Source: Candidatus Latescibacterota bacterium
GTDB lineage: Bacteria > Latescibacterota > UBA2968 > SICM01
Assembly (NCBI GenBank): GCA_965217865.1
Contig: CBDCJO010000002.1
Coordinates: 32,001 to 96,000, forward strand
DNA: 64,000 nt
Direction of reading: 5' to 3'
Shown here in pieces: positions 10,257-21,583 of the stretch. Under the pieces are notes generated by a model, which was not told the origin of the DNA, made no database searches, and saw nothing but the letters and a program-made list of their open reading frames with translations. Within the stretch, counting starts at the first letter, position 1, and every line of letters begins with the position of its first letter. The translations under genes and the position numbers were made by a program.

Positions 10257-11300
10257 ATGAAACGGCGGCCAACAAGCATACTTACGACACTTGCCATTTC
10301 CGTGCTGGCCTTGACGCTAACCGCGCCTTGGGCGTTCGGACAGGATCCGGACCCGATCATGGCAGCCGCGCAAGGTCGGCAGCTGCAGCTCGTGTCGACG
10401 GCGTGGTCGCCGTTCACCAACGCGCCGGGGCAGGCGCGGTTCGCTCTCGATCTGGTCGACACGGCTCTTGAACGAGTGGGGATCGTCGCCGAAACGGTCA
10501 TCGTGGACGAAGCCAGGCTGACGCCCGCACTGCTGAGCGGGGAGTTCGACGGAAGCGCGGCGCTCTGGAGGGACACGGAGCGCGAACGCGCGCTGATTTA
10601 CTCGCAGCCGTATCTCGAGAACCGGTTGATCCTCGTCGGGTGGCAGGGCAGCGATGTATCCGCGACCGCGCTGGCCGACCTCGTCGGCAAGCGGGTCGCC
10701 CTGGTCGCCGGGTACGCGTATGGCGAGGCGGTCGAGACGACGGACGGGCCGATCTTCGTTGGCTCGAACAGCGAAGAGAACAGCGTCACAAGACTCCTCA
10801 ACGGTGAGGTGGACTACACGCTGATGGACGACCTGGTCATCCAGTATCTCATCCGCAACCACGGAGAAGAAGCTCGAACGCGGCTTGCGTTCGGCTCGAC
10901 GCCGCTGCTCACACGCTCGCTTCACCTCGCCGTCCGTCGCTCGTTTCCGGACGCCGAGTCGATCATCTCGCGGTTCAACGCCGAGCTGCGCGGCATGATC
11001 GCCGACGGCAGCTACCATCGCCTGCTCCACCTCGACTGGATTCATGCGGACGTCGATGGCGACGGTCTCATGGAGTACGTGCCTCACGCGGAACGAATCG
11101 ACCCGGAGCCGCCGCAGCGTTCCTACACACTCTTCGCGACGGGCAGGCCGATCCCGGAGCCGGAACGGCCGCGGCGCTTCTATGTCGGCGGCAACATCTA
11201 CAACAGCTGGTCCACCGTGCCCGACCGGTACAAGATCCCGGACTTCAGCAGGCCCGCGCGGCAGCAACCAACGGGGGTATTTTTCACCTTCACATGGTAG
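10257..11300 (+). CDS. Periplasmic substrate-binding protein (family 3-like)
   Basis: Signal peptide, WSPF, YSQPY, DLVGKRVALVAGYAY, LLNGEVD; GGAGG RBS. Confidence 0.85.
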   Translation: MKRRPTSILTTLAISVLALTLTAPWAFGQDPDPIMAAAQGRQLQLVSTAWSPFTNAPGQARFALDLVDTALERVGIVAETVIVDEARLTPALLSGEFDGSAALWRDTERERALIYSQPYLENRLILVGWQGSDVSATALADLVGKRVALVAGYAYGEAVETTDGPIFVGSNSEENSVTRLLNGEVDYTLMDDLVIQYLIRNHGEEARTRLAFGSTPLLTRSLHLAVRRSFPDAESIISRFNAELRGMIADGSYHRLLHLDWIHADVDGDGLMEYVPHAERIDPEPPQRSYTLFATGRPIPEPERPRRFYVGGNIYNSWSTVPDRYKIPDFSRPARQQPTGVFFTFTW

Positions 11301-11740
11301 CGGCAGCGGGTCCACTGTGCTCGTGTCACATGATCTATTCTGCCGAGAGAATTAAACGCTCTTGTAGAGCGCGACAAGGAGGTAGTCTATGAGCCGGTGG
11401 AGGCAGGAGACGGGGCTTTGGACTGTCACCATTCTCGTTCTGGGCTTGCAGGTTTCCTGTGGAGGTAAGAGGCGTGGAACGCTGTCCGCTTTCTGAATAT
11501 TCAAGGACCAGTTTCGTGTGACCAGAATCAGGATTTTGGGACGTATCTCCATGGCTGGTATTTAAGGACGCCAAACAGATGGCAAACATACGTGGCGGAG
11601 ATTGCCGGGCGCTTCGGATACTTCCCAGCCAGCAAACCGGCATTGGTCGGCACAGAGGGGATACAATAATCGGCCACAGGGCATCGGATTCTCTCCGTGT
11701 GCGACTTTATTCAGGAATCCGGGCAAATGGATGCGGAACC

Positions 11741-11944
11741 TTCACGGGAAGCCGGACCCGGTGGGTCCGGTCACCAGCTTACGGCAGCCCACCGGACAGC
11801 GGAAGCGGCCGTGCGCCCGGAGCCCGGAATCGTAGCCGGCACAGCCCCCAGAAACACATAGCGGACTTTGAAACGGATTCATTGGCTACACGGGATTCAA
11901 GAGTTGACCGGATACGCCAATTCTCATATATTTTCCGCAGTGTT
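11741..11944. repeat. Dispersed non-coding repeat R2 copy C
   Basis: Near-identical to 3575-3778. Confidence 0.9.
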
Positions 11945-11979
11945 CGTTTTGTTTCCCTTTTGTGCGCAGGTGAGTAGAA

Positions 11980-12113
11980 ATGTCATATCAGCTTCTCTGG
12001 GCCAAGTCAAAGCCCTTTCACCCCCTGTGGTGCCATCTGTGTTGGATACAGGGGCCGTCTGTCAGGCCCTCCTGCCCCGGTTCGGACCCGTTGAGGGATT
12101 CCCAGATTCGTGA
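11980..12113 (+). pseudogene. cas3: Cas3 HD-nuclease N-terminal stub, frameshifted
   Basis: MSYQLLWAKSKPFHPLWCHL then, after an apparent 2-nt insertion, LDTGAVCQAL, matching the WAK...HxLxxHxxD start of Cas3. Confidence 0.65.
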
Positions 12114-12746
12114 TAGGACGTTTGAAAGACGACGGAGCCGACTTTTGGGATGGGGGTTCCAATCAACTAACCCGTTGGAGAGACTATTGCACCGAGCTAT
12201 TGACGTTTCTAAACGCCGACACGGCGACGGTATGCAGAAGAACAAGACCTGGCCACAGCACTGAGAGAGTTTATTGCAAAGTTTGAGCATCACGTTGGAG
12301 GCATGTACGAGATGCTGCATGGAACTTCTGACGACCCGGACAATGACCCTGATATCAAGCGGATGCTTGATTGGTTTGCTCTGGTCTACATATTTTCCAC
12401 TTACGCCATCATTTCGTTTTGGATTGATGACAAAACTGAGAAGAACTCAGTTAAAATAACAACGAACCTTGCCACGGGTGAGCGCAGGGAAGAATGGACG
12501 AGAGAAGAGATGAAAGTACCAAGGCAATACCGCCATACCACCAAGAAGTTGTGAGAGACACATCCATGATTTGTGACCGTCGTGTTCATTCCCGAATAAA
12601 TTTACCAGCAACTATCCGCTGGTCGTGAAAGTTATTACATTGAATCAGTGCGCAAAAATGAGTCGACGGCGCAAAGGAGGAGAAGGATTCCGTGGCGCTG
12701 AAAAGTTGCTCTTGAGCGAGCGCGCATTGAGAGATGCGACGATCTG

Positions 12747-15557
12747 ATGCGCCTGTCGTGGAACGAGGTTCGCGCCCGCGCCGCCGCCTTCGCCGAGGAG
12801 TGGCGAGACGCGGCCTACGAGAAGGGCGAGACGCAAAGCTTCTATAACGACTTCTTCGAGATATTCGGGGTCCGGCGCCGAACCGTCGCGCGCTACGAGG
12901 AGCACGTAAAGCGGCTCGACAACACGCACGGTTACATTGATTTGTTCTGGCCCGGCGTCTTGATCGTCGAGCATAAGAGCGCCGGACGCGATCTCGCCCT
13001 CGCCTATGGTCAGGCCGGGGAATACTTCGACGCCCTGCCCGAGCAGAACCGGCCGCGCTACATTCTGGCAAGCGACTTCCAGACCTTCGAGCTTCACGAT
13101 CTCGACGAACGGGAGAAGGCCGCTTTCCCTCTCGTGGACCTGCCCGCCCACGTGGAGGCGTTCGGCTTCATCCTGGGCGTGCAGCGCCGGACCTTCCGCG
13201 ACCAGGACCCGACCAACATCAAGGCCGCCGAACTGGTCGGCAGGCTGCATGACGCTCTCGACGCGGCGGGCTACCGGGGCCACGACCTGGAGCGCTTCCT
13301 GGTGCGAATCGTTTTCTGCCTGTTCGCGGACGACACGGGCATATTCGAGCCGCGCGACATCTTCCTCGACTTCATCGAGACGCGCACGGGAGAGGACGGC
13401 GCCGATCTCGGGCCGTGGCTGTCGCAATTGTTTCAGGTTCTGGATACGCCGGAGGACGACCGCACCGCGACGCTCGACGAAAACCTAGCGCAGTTCCCCT
13501 ATGTCAACGGCGAATTGTTCGACGGGCCGCTACGCATTCCGTCCTTCGATGCGGCCATGCGCGGGGCGCTGCTGGATGTTTGCCGGTTCGACTGGTCGAA
13601 CATCTCGCCGGCGATCTTCGGGGCGCTGTTCCAGTCGGTCATGGACCCGAAGGAGCGCCGCGCCCAGGGCGCGCACTACACCACCGAGAAGAACATCCTG
13701 AAGGTGATCGAGCCGCTGTTCATGGACGACCTGCGGGCCGAATTCGCACGGCTCAAGTCCCGCAAGGACAACCGCCGTCTTGCCGAGCTTCGGCGGTTTC
13801 AGGAGAAGCTGGGGCGGATGCGGTTCTTCGACCCGGCCTGCGGTTGCGGCAACTTCCTCATCATCGCCTACCGGGAACTGCGGGCACTGGAAATCGACGT
13901 GCTCAAGGAACTTCATCCCGGCAAGCAGATGGACGCGCTGGCGCAAACCCTGTCGCGGATCGATGTCGATCAGTTCTACGGGATCGAGCTTGGCGAGTTC
14001 CCGGCCCGCATCGCGGAGACCGCGATGTGGATGATGGACCACATCATGAACAACCGGCTGAGCCTGGAGTTCGGTCAGACCTACGCCCGAATTCCTCTGG
14101 AGAAGTCGCCGCACATCGTCCATGGCGATGCGTTGGAAACCGATTGGGCGGACCTGCTGCCGCCGGAGGATTGCTCGTTCGTGTTCGGCAATCCGCCCTT
14201 CGTGGGCGCGAAGTATCAGACGGGGGACCAACGCGCCCAGGTGCGCGGGATCGCGGCGCTGGGCAAGAGCGGCGGCACGCTCGATTACGTCGCCGCGTGG
14301 TTCATCAAGGCGGGAGAGTATCTGCAGGGCAGCCGTGCCCAGATCGGCTTCGTCGCCACCAACTCGATCACGCAAGGCGAACAGGTCGCGCAACTGTGGC
14401 CTGTCCTGTTCGGGCGCTGCAAGCTGGAGGTGGCCTTCGCACACCGCACCTTCGCGTGGGGATCGGACGCGCGCGGCAAGGCGCATGTGCACGTCATTAT
14501 TCTCGGACTCGATCGGCGGGAGGATGTGCGAACGGAAAAGCGCCTGTTCGGCTATCCCGACATCAACGGCGAGCCGGAGGAGAGCCGCCATGCGGCGCTC
14601 TCGCCCTATCTGTTCGACGCGGGCGGACTTGCGGATCCGCATCTGACCGTGCGCGAGGAAAGCAAGCCGATCAACGGGATGGGGAAGCTGATTATCGGCT
14701 CCAAGCCAATCGACAACGGTCACTACATTTTCAAAGCGGAAGAACGTGCGGCATTTCTGGAAGCCGAGCCGAATGCCGCGCCTTTCCTGCGCCCTTTTGT
14801 TGGTGCCCGCGAATACCTGCAAGGCGGTGAGCGATGGATTCTTGCCCTGCATGACGCGCCGCCGGACGTGCTGGCACGGCTCCCGCGAGTTCGGGAACGT
14901 ATTGCCGCTGTCCGCTCATACCGAGATGCCAGCAGGAGCCGTCCCACGCAAAAGCTGGCGGAAACGCCCACGCTCTACCATGTGAACGTTCTCCCCACCT
15001 CACCATTTCTGGTGATTCCCGAGGTCAGCTCGGAGCGGCGAGAGTATGTGCCCATCGGCTGGCTCGCGCCGCCGGTGATCCCGAGCAACCTTGTTCGCGT
15101 CCTGGAAAATGCCACCCTTGCCGATTTCACACTGCTTACTTCCGCCATGCACATGGCTTGGCTCCGCCATGTTGGAGGGCGTCTGGAGAGCCGTTACCGC
15201 TACTCCATCGGCCTCGTCTACAACACCTTTCGGACCCCGCCCAGGACTTCAGACTGGTCGAAACTAGAGCCACTGGCGCAAGCCGTGCTCGATGCTCGAG
15301 CCGCTCATCCGGATGCTACGCTGGTCGACCTCTACGACCCCAATCTGATGCCGCCCAATTTGCGCCGAGCGCACCAACGACTCGATCGCGCCGTGGATCG
15401 ACTCTATCGACCGGCAGGTTTCGCTTCCGAGCGGGAACGTGTCGAGCATTTGTTCGGGCTCTATGAAAAGATGCTCGCACCACTGGAGGCCAGGATGAGC
15501 GCAAAACCGAGACGGCGGCGCGCAAGGCGTAAGCTAACAAGCAGAAGGACACGCTGA
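12747..15557 (+). CDS. MmeI-like type IIL restriction-modification enzyme (N6-adenine MTase plus endonuclease)
   Basis: YIDLFWPGVLIVEHKS nuclease motif, GAHYT, DPACGCGNF, GNPPF, RYRYS...YNTF; 936 aa. Confidence 0.92.
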   Translation: MRLSWNEVRARAAAFAEEWRDAAYEKGETQSFYNDFFEIFGVRRRTVARYEEHVKRLDNTHGYIDLFWPGVLIVEHKSAGRDLALAYGQAGEYFDALPEQNRPRYILASDFQTFELHDLDEREKAAFPLVDLPAHVEAFGFILGVQRRTFRDQDPTNIKAAELVGRLHDALDAAGYRGHDLERFLVRIVFCLFADDTGIFEPRDIFLDFIETRTGEDGADLGPWLSQLFQVLDTPEDDRTATLDENLAQFPYVNGELFDGPLRIPSFDAAMRGALLDVCRFDWSNISPAIFGALFQSVMDPKERRAQGAHYTTEKNILKVIEPLFMDDLRAEFARLKSRKDNRRLAELRRFQEKLGRMRFFDPACGCGNFLIIAYRELRALEIDVLKELHPGKQMDALAQTLSRIDVDQFYGIELGEFPARIAETAMWMMDHIMNNRLSLEFGQTYARIPLEKSPHIVHGDALETDWADLLPPEDCSFVFGNPPFVGAKYQTGDQRAQVRGIAALGKSGGTLDYVAAWFIKAGEYLQGSRAQIGFVATNSITQGEQVAQLWPVLFGRCKLEVAFAHRTFAWGSDARGKAHVHVIILGLDRREDVRTEKRLFGYPDINGEPEESRHAALSPYLFDAGGLADPHLTVREESKPINGMGKLIIGSKPIDNGHYIFKAEERAAFLEAEPNAAPFLRPFVGAREYLQGGERWILALHDAPPDVLARLPRVRERIAAVRSYRDASRSRPTQKLAETPTLYHVNVLPTSPFLVIPEVSSERREYVPIGWLAPPVIPSNLVRVLENATLADFTLLTSAMHMAWLRHVGGRLESRYRYSIGLVYNTFRTPPRTSDWSKLEPLAQAVLDARAAHPDATLVDLYDPNLMPPNLRRAHQRLDRAVDRLYRPAGFASERERVEHLFGLYEKMLAPLEARMSAKPRRRRARRKLTSRRTR

Positions 15558-15599
15558 TGGCCGAGGAACACACTCTACAAGAGACGGTTGCAAACCTTC

Positions 15600-16148
15600 T
15601 CCAAACCCGTGGCACTCCTGCTGGCCGATCTGGGGCTGACCAAATCGCACTCACGACCGCACGTGTCGAACGACAACCCCTACTCTGAGGCGCAGTTCAA
15701 GACCCTGAAGTATCGCCCGGACTTCCCGGAACGCTTCGGTGGACTCGAACACGCCCGTTCATTCTGCCATGAGTTCTTCACCTGTTACAACACAGAGCAT
15801 CGCCACTCAGGCCTGGGCTTGCTGACCCCGGAATCTGTGCACTATGGCTACGCCAAGGAAATCCTTGACGCCCGTGAACAGACCCTGTGGCGTGCCTATA
15901 TCGCCCACCCCGACCGTTTTGTGCAGGGTCCCCCGCAGCCAACCGACCTGCCTTCCGAGGTCTGGATCAATCCACCCCGGATCTCGGATAAGTCCCAGCA
16001 GGATCCAATCGTTATTACGCCAGGTGATACCAAATCGAACCCGGTCCCGATACCTGCACGGGGATCCACGGTTGCCGATGACACCTCTTATGGAGACGGC
16101 CGGAAACTTCACTGAATTCCAACTTTCAGTGTCTCAAAATTGTTGACA
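15600..16148 (+). mobile_element. IS3-family transposase C-terminal part with right IR
   Basis: SHSRPHVSNDNPYSEAQFKTLKY, YNTEHRHSGL, VWINPP; GTGTCTCAAAATTGTTGACA end. Confidence 0.85.
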
Positions 16149-16369
16149 TGTTCCGGAAACCCTCAAACGTCAGATCCGGCGCGCTCAATCCAGAATCACT
16201 GCCGCCGAACGTAAGCGCCGCACCCGCCGCCTGATCCTCATGGGCTCCTACCTCGAACACGTCACCGGCGACGATCCCGGCAAGCGGGATCGCCTCATGA
16301 AGGGGCTCGATGGCTTCCTAGAACGAGATCGGGACCGCGAACTCTTCGATTTACCCCCAAACAAGGAGA

Positions 16370-18064
16370 ATGCTTATGAGCACCGTGGAATCCAAGTCAA
16401 ACATCGTTCGGGACGAACAGTTAACCAGATGGCTGACTTATGCGGATGTAGATGCCAGACTGGCCAGCTTTGTAGAAAGCGACTACATCGTGACCGATGT
16501 GTTCACTTATCGATCTGCTGGGGACCATTCAAGCTCCATGTGGGAGAAGGAGGAATGGGCCTTGGCTTCTGTGCTCGTTCCCGTTAAGCAGTTAGAAGAA
16601 GCAGAGCGAGTATTCACGTTTCATGATCTTAAGATCGAGCCGCAGTGGATAGATCGCAATCGATTCGATTTTGCCACTTCAGTTCAGATCAAGGGCATAC
16701 CTGTCAAACCGTGGTCGTTTGTGCGCAAACATCCTGCAACTGGCACTCATCTCGTCGAGATTCAGCGTGACTTTCTGATATACCACGCCCTAGACCAGAG
16801 AGGCACTGGCGATCAGTATGAACTCGTCCACCCGCTGGACAACCTCGACGTTGTCCGAGTTCGAATCGAGCAACCCGCGTTTTACAATCCCACATTGAGA
16901 TTAGAAGTTCACCGGGATTATCTGCGAGATTATCTTGCAGCCGCTGAAATGGGTATGGTGGTCGGAGCTGTCGCAGATCGCTTTCGTAATTCACTGGTCC
17001 CGGACAAGATGACACCTGCACTCTCCCAAGCGCCAAGCGACGTGGAAGTCTCCGTAAACGAAATCACCGAGTACCAGGAGAGATATTGGAGGGCTCGATC
17101 GATCTTGCATCGAACGACTGCTATCAAGCCGTATCCCGCTCCGAGACCGGAACGGAGTCCTTGGTACTGTTACGATCTGCCTCCAGAAGCTTCGAAGCTG
17201 GAATTCATCACGGATGCAGAAGGCAGAAAGTGCACACTCGATTCTAGTCCACCATACCTGTACTTTCGACCGGGAGTTCTCCGAAAATACTTGAGAAATC
17301 CATACGACTCAGTGTTCTTTCACATGAGATCATGGGGTACTGCGCAACCGGCAGGGGCTATTGAGCCCATCGATGTTGGAATCAATTCGGCGGGTCTCGT
17401 GAATGCCTTTGCATTGGACTTGGCGAAACAGAGTTCCGCAGAGCAACAATACTGGGCATCCTTTTCCTGCCTACCCAGCGAGCCGGTCTGCGAAGAGCTG
17501 TTTCAAACACGGATGCAGCAGAACCCGCCCAAATCGCCAGGCACAGTTGAGCTTATTCAGACAGAAATCACACGGCTCAATGCGTCATTTGAAACTCGTT
17601 TTGGAGAGCCGGTTCACAACGACGTTCCTCCCCACGAAAAGACCATGCAGCGGCTAAGCGTGGGTCCGCTTGAGGAAAACTGGGACGAAGTCACTGAATT
17701 GGGAAAGGACTTGTACTCTTGGGTGGCTGAAGGTCTTCGTATTGCAACTCTCCGCAAACCGCTGAACGAAAAATCGTTTGACAACGACTGGAAACAGTTT
17801 AAACTCCTTGAGACGCTCATGTCGAGCGTATTGGGTTGCGGACAATCGGATCTCACGGCAGCGATGGGTCCCCTTAAGGATCTCAACAGCCTGAGAGTTA
17901 CCCACGCCCATAACGTCATTGTGGACCGGGGTCGGCATTTTGATCAGAAGGATCGGCGCATGCGCGAAGCGTGGTTCATCGTTGTCGATGGCATCGCCCG
18001 CGCTCTCCGACTGTTATCAGACCACCTTGAATCGAATCGAGAGGTGTCGGGACAGACGAGCTAG
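16370..18064 (+). CDS. Hypothetical protein with C-terminal HEPN-like motif
   Basis: 564 aa, AAGGAG RBS, LNSLRVTHAH (Rx4H) in the helical C-terminus. Confidence 0.7.
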   Translation: MLMSTVESKSNIVRDEQLTRWLTYADVDARLASFVESDYIVTDVFTYRSAGDHSSSMWEKEEWALASVLVPVKQLEEAERVFTFHDLKIEPQWIDRNRFDFATSVQIKGIPVKPWSFVRKHPATGTHLVEIQRDFLIYHALDQRGTGDQYELVHPLDNLDVVRVRIEQPAFYNPTLRLEVHRDYLRDYLAAAEMGMVVGAVADRFRNSLVPDKMTPALSQAPSDVEVSVNEITEYQERYWRARSILHRTTAIKPYPAPRPERSPWYCYDLPPEASKLEFITDAEGRKCTLDSSPPYLYFRPGVLRKYLRNPYDSVFFHMRSWGTAQPAGAIEPIDVGINSAGLVNAFALDLAKQSSAEQQYWASFSCLPSEPVCEELFQTRMQQNPPKSPGTVELIQTEITRLNASFETRFGEPVHNDVPPHEKTMQRLSVGPLEENWDEVTELGKDLYSWVAEGLRIATLRKPLNEKSFDNDWKQFKLLETLMSSVLGCGQSDLTAAMGPLKDLNSLRVTHAHNVIVDRGRHFDQKDRRMREAWFIVVDGIARALRLLSDHLESNREVSGQTS

Positions 18065-18543
18065 ATCAGAGCTTATGTCGAATGTCCCTTAGGACCTTTC
18101 ACGCGCAAAGAACCGCTTCATGGTGGGAGCTTTGAAGCGGCGGCGCTTTCGGAAACAGAGAATCAAATCTGGCAACTCTTTTCCACTCACTTCCAACCTT
18201 GCCGCAACGTGATGGGAGGAAGCGCCAGCGGAAAACTGGAGCGGCAAGGGGCAGGCGTTTTCGTGGTTGGCGATGCCTTTGGCGTCGCACTGAAATACAA
18301 AAAATGGTCCATGACCGTTTGTCGGGCATCAGCAATGCTGCGGCCATTTGGCAGATTGGCGCCACAGGCACCCATGGTGGCAATGCAGGGTACATTCTGT
18401 CCAATGTATCGCAGTACATGGATCATTTTCTTCTCAAGTTCCTGCGCGTGAACGAGGATGCATGCGAGAAGTGTTTTGCCTTGTACATCATGGGTGTGAC
18501 CCGGTTCACTTCTCAGGAGTGGATAAAAGGGGGATTTATATAC

Positions 18544-19224
18544 CTAACTTGAATCGGCCTTCTGGTTTTCCTCTCTGCTCCTTTCCCATGAAACAATAGT
18601 GTCTTCATCCGGGTCTATCCTTCCAAACCCGGACATATGCACGTTTCCATCGTCCTTCGATTGCATCAAAACTATGTACATATAGTCGTCGCCAACTGGA
18701 AAGACATGGTGGTGGTTGAGCAGAGTGATGATCTTGTCCATCCACTCAGGAACTTCCTTGAACAAGAACGCCTTAATGTCTTCTTCCCGTATGGAAAACG
18801 GATTGTCGGCGTGGAGTATGGTGCTGCATCTGTCGTACAGGACGACGAAATCATCCTTCGTCAAATAGCCGGATTCAATATGCGGTGTATCAAAGCGACC
18901 TTTTTCTATTTGTACCTGTATCGTCGGAACTGGGTAGAACTTCGGGTTTGCTTTGTCCAGTGTCTCGAGGATACGCTTTGCGTTCCAATCCTTTCGAAAG
19001 TTCGCACGATACTTGCTGTACTGTTTGTGATTGGCAACTAGCGAAGACAAGGCAATCAACTCAAGGATTTTCCTAAGCTGCAACGCGGCGGATTCCGCCG
19101 TCGTGCCGACGTACCTGGTGCTTATTTCGCCTCGCACAATGCCTGTGACAACCTCTGTTCGCTTTTTGATTTCCTCCATACATGCGATGTACTTCTGGTA
19201 TAGCTCATCATTATTGATTGCCAT
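18544..19224 (-). CDS. Hypothetical protein (helical, HEPN-like)
   Basis: 226 aa, GAGGAG RBS; LQLRKILE and LYDRCSTILH segments. Confidence 0.7.
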   Translation of the reverse strand: MAINNDELYQKYIACMEEIKKRTEVVTGIVRGEISTRYVGTTAESAALQLRKILELIALSSLVANHKQYSKYRANFRKDWNAKRILETLDKANPKFYPVPTIQVQIEKGRFDTPHIESGYLTKDDFVVLYDRCSTILHADNPFSIREEDIKAFLFKEVPEWMDKIITLLNHHHVFPVGDDYMYIVLMQSKDDGNVHMSGFGRIDPDEDTIVSWERSREENQKADSS

Positions 19225-19639
19225 GTTTTGTGCTCCTCGCCGCTGCTGCTGCCGATCCTGTTCCTGTGGGGTGACCTGGAAGACTTACAGGACTCAAAAA
19301 AAGGATGAATACGGCGACACGGAATGTCTGAATGACGGCTCGCGGCCGATGTTGCAACAAGGTGTCGCCAATCGAATTTCTCCTGCAATACAGTTTAGCA
19401 ACGCCTAAACCATTGAAAGCCCGTCCGGGCCGGGGGGTTGCAGAATCGCTTCTTTGTGCAACCCCTTCCGTTCGGGAGATCGGTCCCTTCCGGGTCCGGT
19501 TTTAATCCGGTGGATTTATTCACAGATCCAGTCGTTCCTACTAATTGTTCTTTAACTACATGTCTTACTACTTGTATGTGTTACCTGTTTGGTACTGGAA
19601 AACTGACTCAAATCACCGGCACCATCTACGTCTGACATT

Positions 19640-19830
19640 TGACCGTCCTCGATAGCGATGACTTCCTTGCAGCCTTCAGCTGTTGCACCGACCAGCACGA
19701 GCACACAGGGCCGATCCTTATCCAGGCGCACGTTGAAATAGATCCCGTCCGGCCCACACATGCACGTAGTGTTTTCCGGTCAGGTCGCGCTGCTTCCAGC
19801 TCTTATACTCATCTTCCCAGATTTGCTTCA
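19640..19830 (-). mobile_element. IS256-family transposase fragment
   Basis: W..RDLTGKHYVHVWA / DGIYFNVRL....CVLVLVGAT.EG.KE split over two frames. Confidence 0.8.
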
Positions 19831-19982
19831 GTCTGGTGCGTTTCCGGCAACCTCTCGGCCGGTTGCCGGAATTCCGTCGGCCTGACGTCGGTGCGCCGGA
19901 ACAATGCGCCGAAGTGCATTGAACGGGTCGAAAGCGCAGCAATCGGCATCTGTGCGGAGATTCAGGTGCGCGCGCGTAATCG

Positions 19983-20783
19983 TCACTCGGGATCCCCACA
20001 AATCGGCCGTTCTCCCGCCCAATATCCGAGCAATTCATCCGTACCCGACCACCATTGCCATCCGGCACTGAGCGTGCCTCTAATGGCGTTTATTTCAACT
20101 TGGTGCGGATCGCCACTGCCGTCATGTGCTGCCTCGTGCTCAAGTCTGGCCGCAAGTTCGGCAATCTCGGCTGAGGATTCGAAAATCGATCTCTGCAAGT
20201 CCAAAGCCAATCCGCCGCTGCCACCGAGTAGCGCGCTGGCCTTAGCGTCGTAGCGCAAGAGTTCGTCATGTGAGATTGCAGCGCCCAGACGCACTGGCGC
20301 GAACTGCCTGGTTTCGTAACGAGTCATCTCCGGCTGTTCCCATGACATGGCGCATGCGGAAAAGCATAACGGCCCAAAATCCTCGCATACATCATCGTGG
20401 CCGCTTGCTGCCCGGCATGCGCGAATCACTTTCTGAACCCTGCGTCGGTCGGCCTTAATGACCTCACCGTTCGTGTCCCGATAATCGGCCGCGTCTATGA
20501 CTTGCGGAGGAAAACTTCCCTCACGAGCGCGGTAGTGGCCGGGGGATGCGTAATAGTCGTAATGACGTTGGTGGAGCGCATCCTGTATGTGACTCATGAA
20601 CCACGACTTCCCTGGGTAACCAGACAACCAGACATGAGGGCGATGTTTGAGTGAGGTACTAGCGGGCGCACATGCTAACCAGCCGAGCATGCGTTTGCCA
20701 TCCTCCGGTGTCAGCCAGTTGTATCTCATGACGAGATCCGCAACCTCTCTCCGCATAACGATATTCTCAGATACTACTCTCAT
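19983..20783 (-). pseudogene. Degenerate phage/plasmid primase-helicase-like ORF
   Basis: LGWLACAP....L.HRPHVWLSG..GKSW with a shortened Walker A. Confidence 0.5.
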
Positions 20784-21583
20784 TGTCTTCCATACCCGGC
20801 GATGTGTTCGGCCCTAAACTCAGTCCGCGAGAACAATGAAAATAAAGTGCTTGATCGCGTAGTCAACCGCATTGCGAGGCCGACGTCTATCCGGCTAAAG
20901 CCCCCGGTCAAGTCCTTTCGGAGCCTGCTTTAGGAAGATCGCGGCGGTTGTCGAACATCATATTTTCATTATTTGTCGAGCCATGCAACGAATCACAGTG
21001 CGTCGAGGCGCGGCCGACTATAGAACGTCTTTTTGCTCCGAACGTCTTCACCAACTCGTCGGCGCACAGCTTGCTAGTTTTCTATTTTACACCGAAATGC
21101 ACCTTGGCACGGTCGGGAACCGAAATCCCTTCTCGCTTGGCCATCGAGAGGACGATTCTCGAGCACAGTTTGATTGCTTCTTGCCCGAGGCCGTGAAGTT
21201 CGGATTCCTCCAAGTAGTCGCCCCGGAGCTCGTTTTCCGCTCTTGTCCGGCCGTGGAACAAGCGGCTTCGCTTCGAGTACAGTGTCTCCCAATCTCGCCA
21301 CACGCCCGGCAATTCAGCCATGACCGCATTGGACACCGCATCTGCCCTGAATGGGTCGCTTATGAATCGACTATTGGGAGATGGCGCATGATCCCCTTGG
21401 CGCTGCGCATGCTTCCCTGTTTAACAGAGTAATCGCTGAATCGACGCTTGGTCCAGTGCCGACCATAATGCCGACCGCAGATTGAAGATAGCGCACCATG
21501 GATAACCGGGAAGGACACACTGTGAGAAACGCCGCTGCTAAAGCTGTCTGGCAAATACGGGTAAACTGATCTGGATACGAGGA

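Noticed and set aside
12645-14852. Long overlapping ORFs (12645-13427, 13415-14830, 13530-14852) and similar ones in hsdR, TonB and WD40 genes
   Set aside because: Shadow ORFs of GC-rich or repetitive coding sequence
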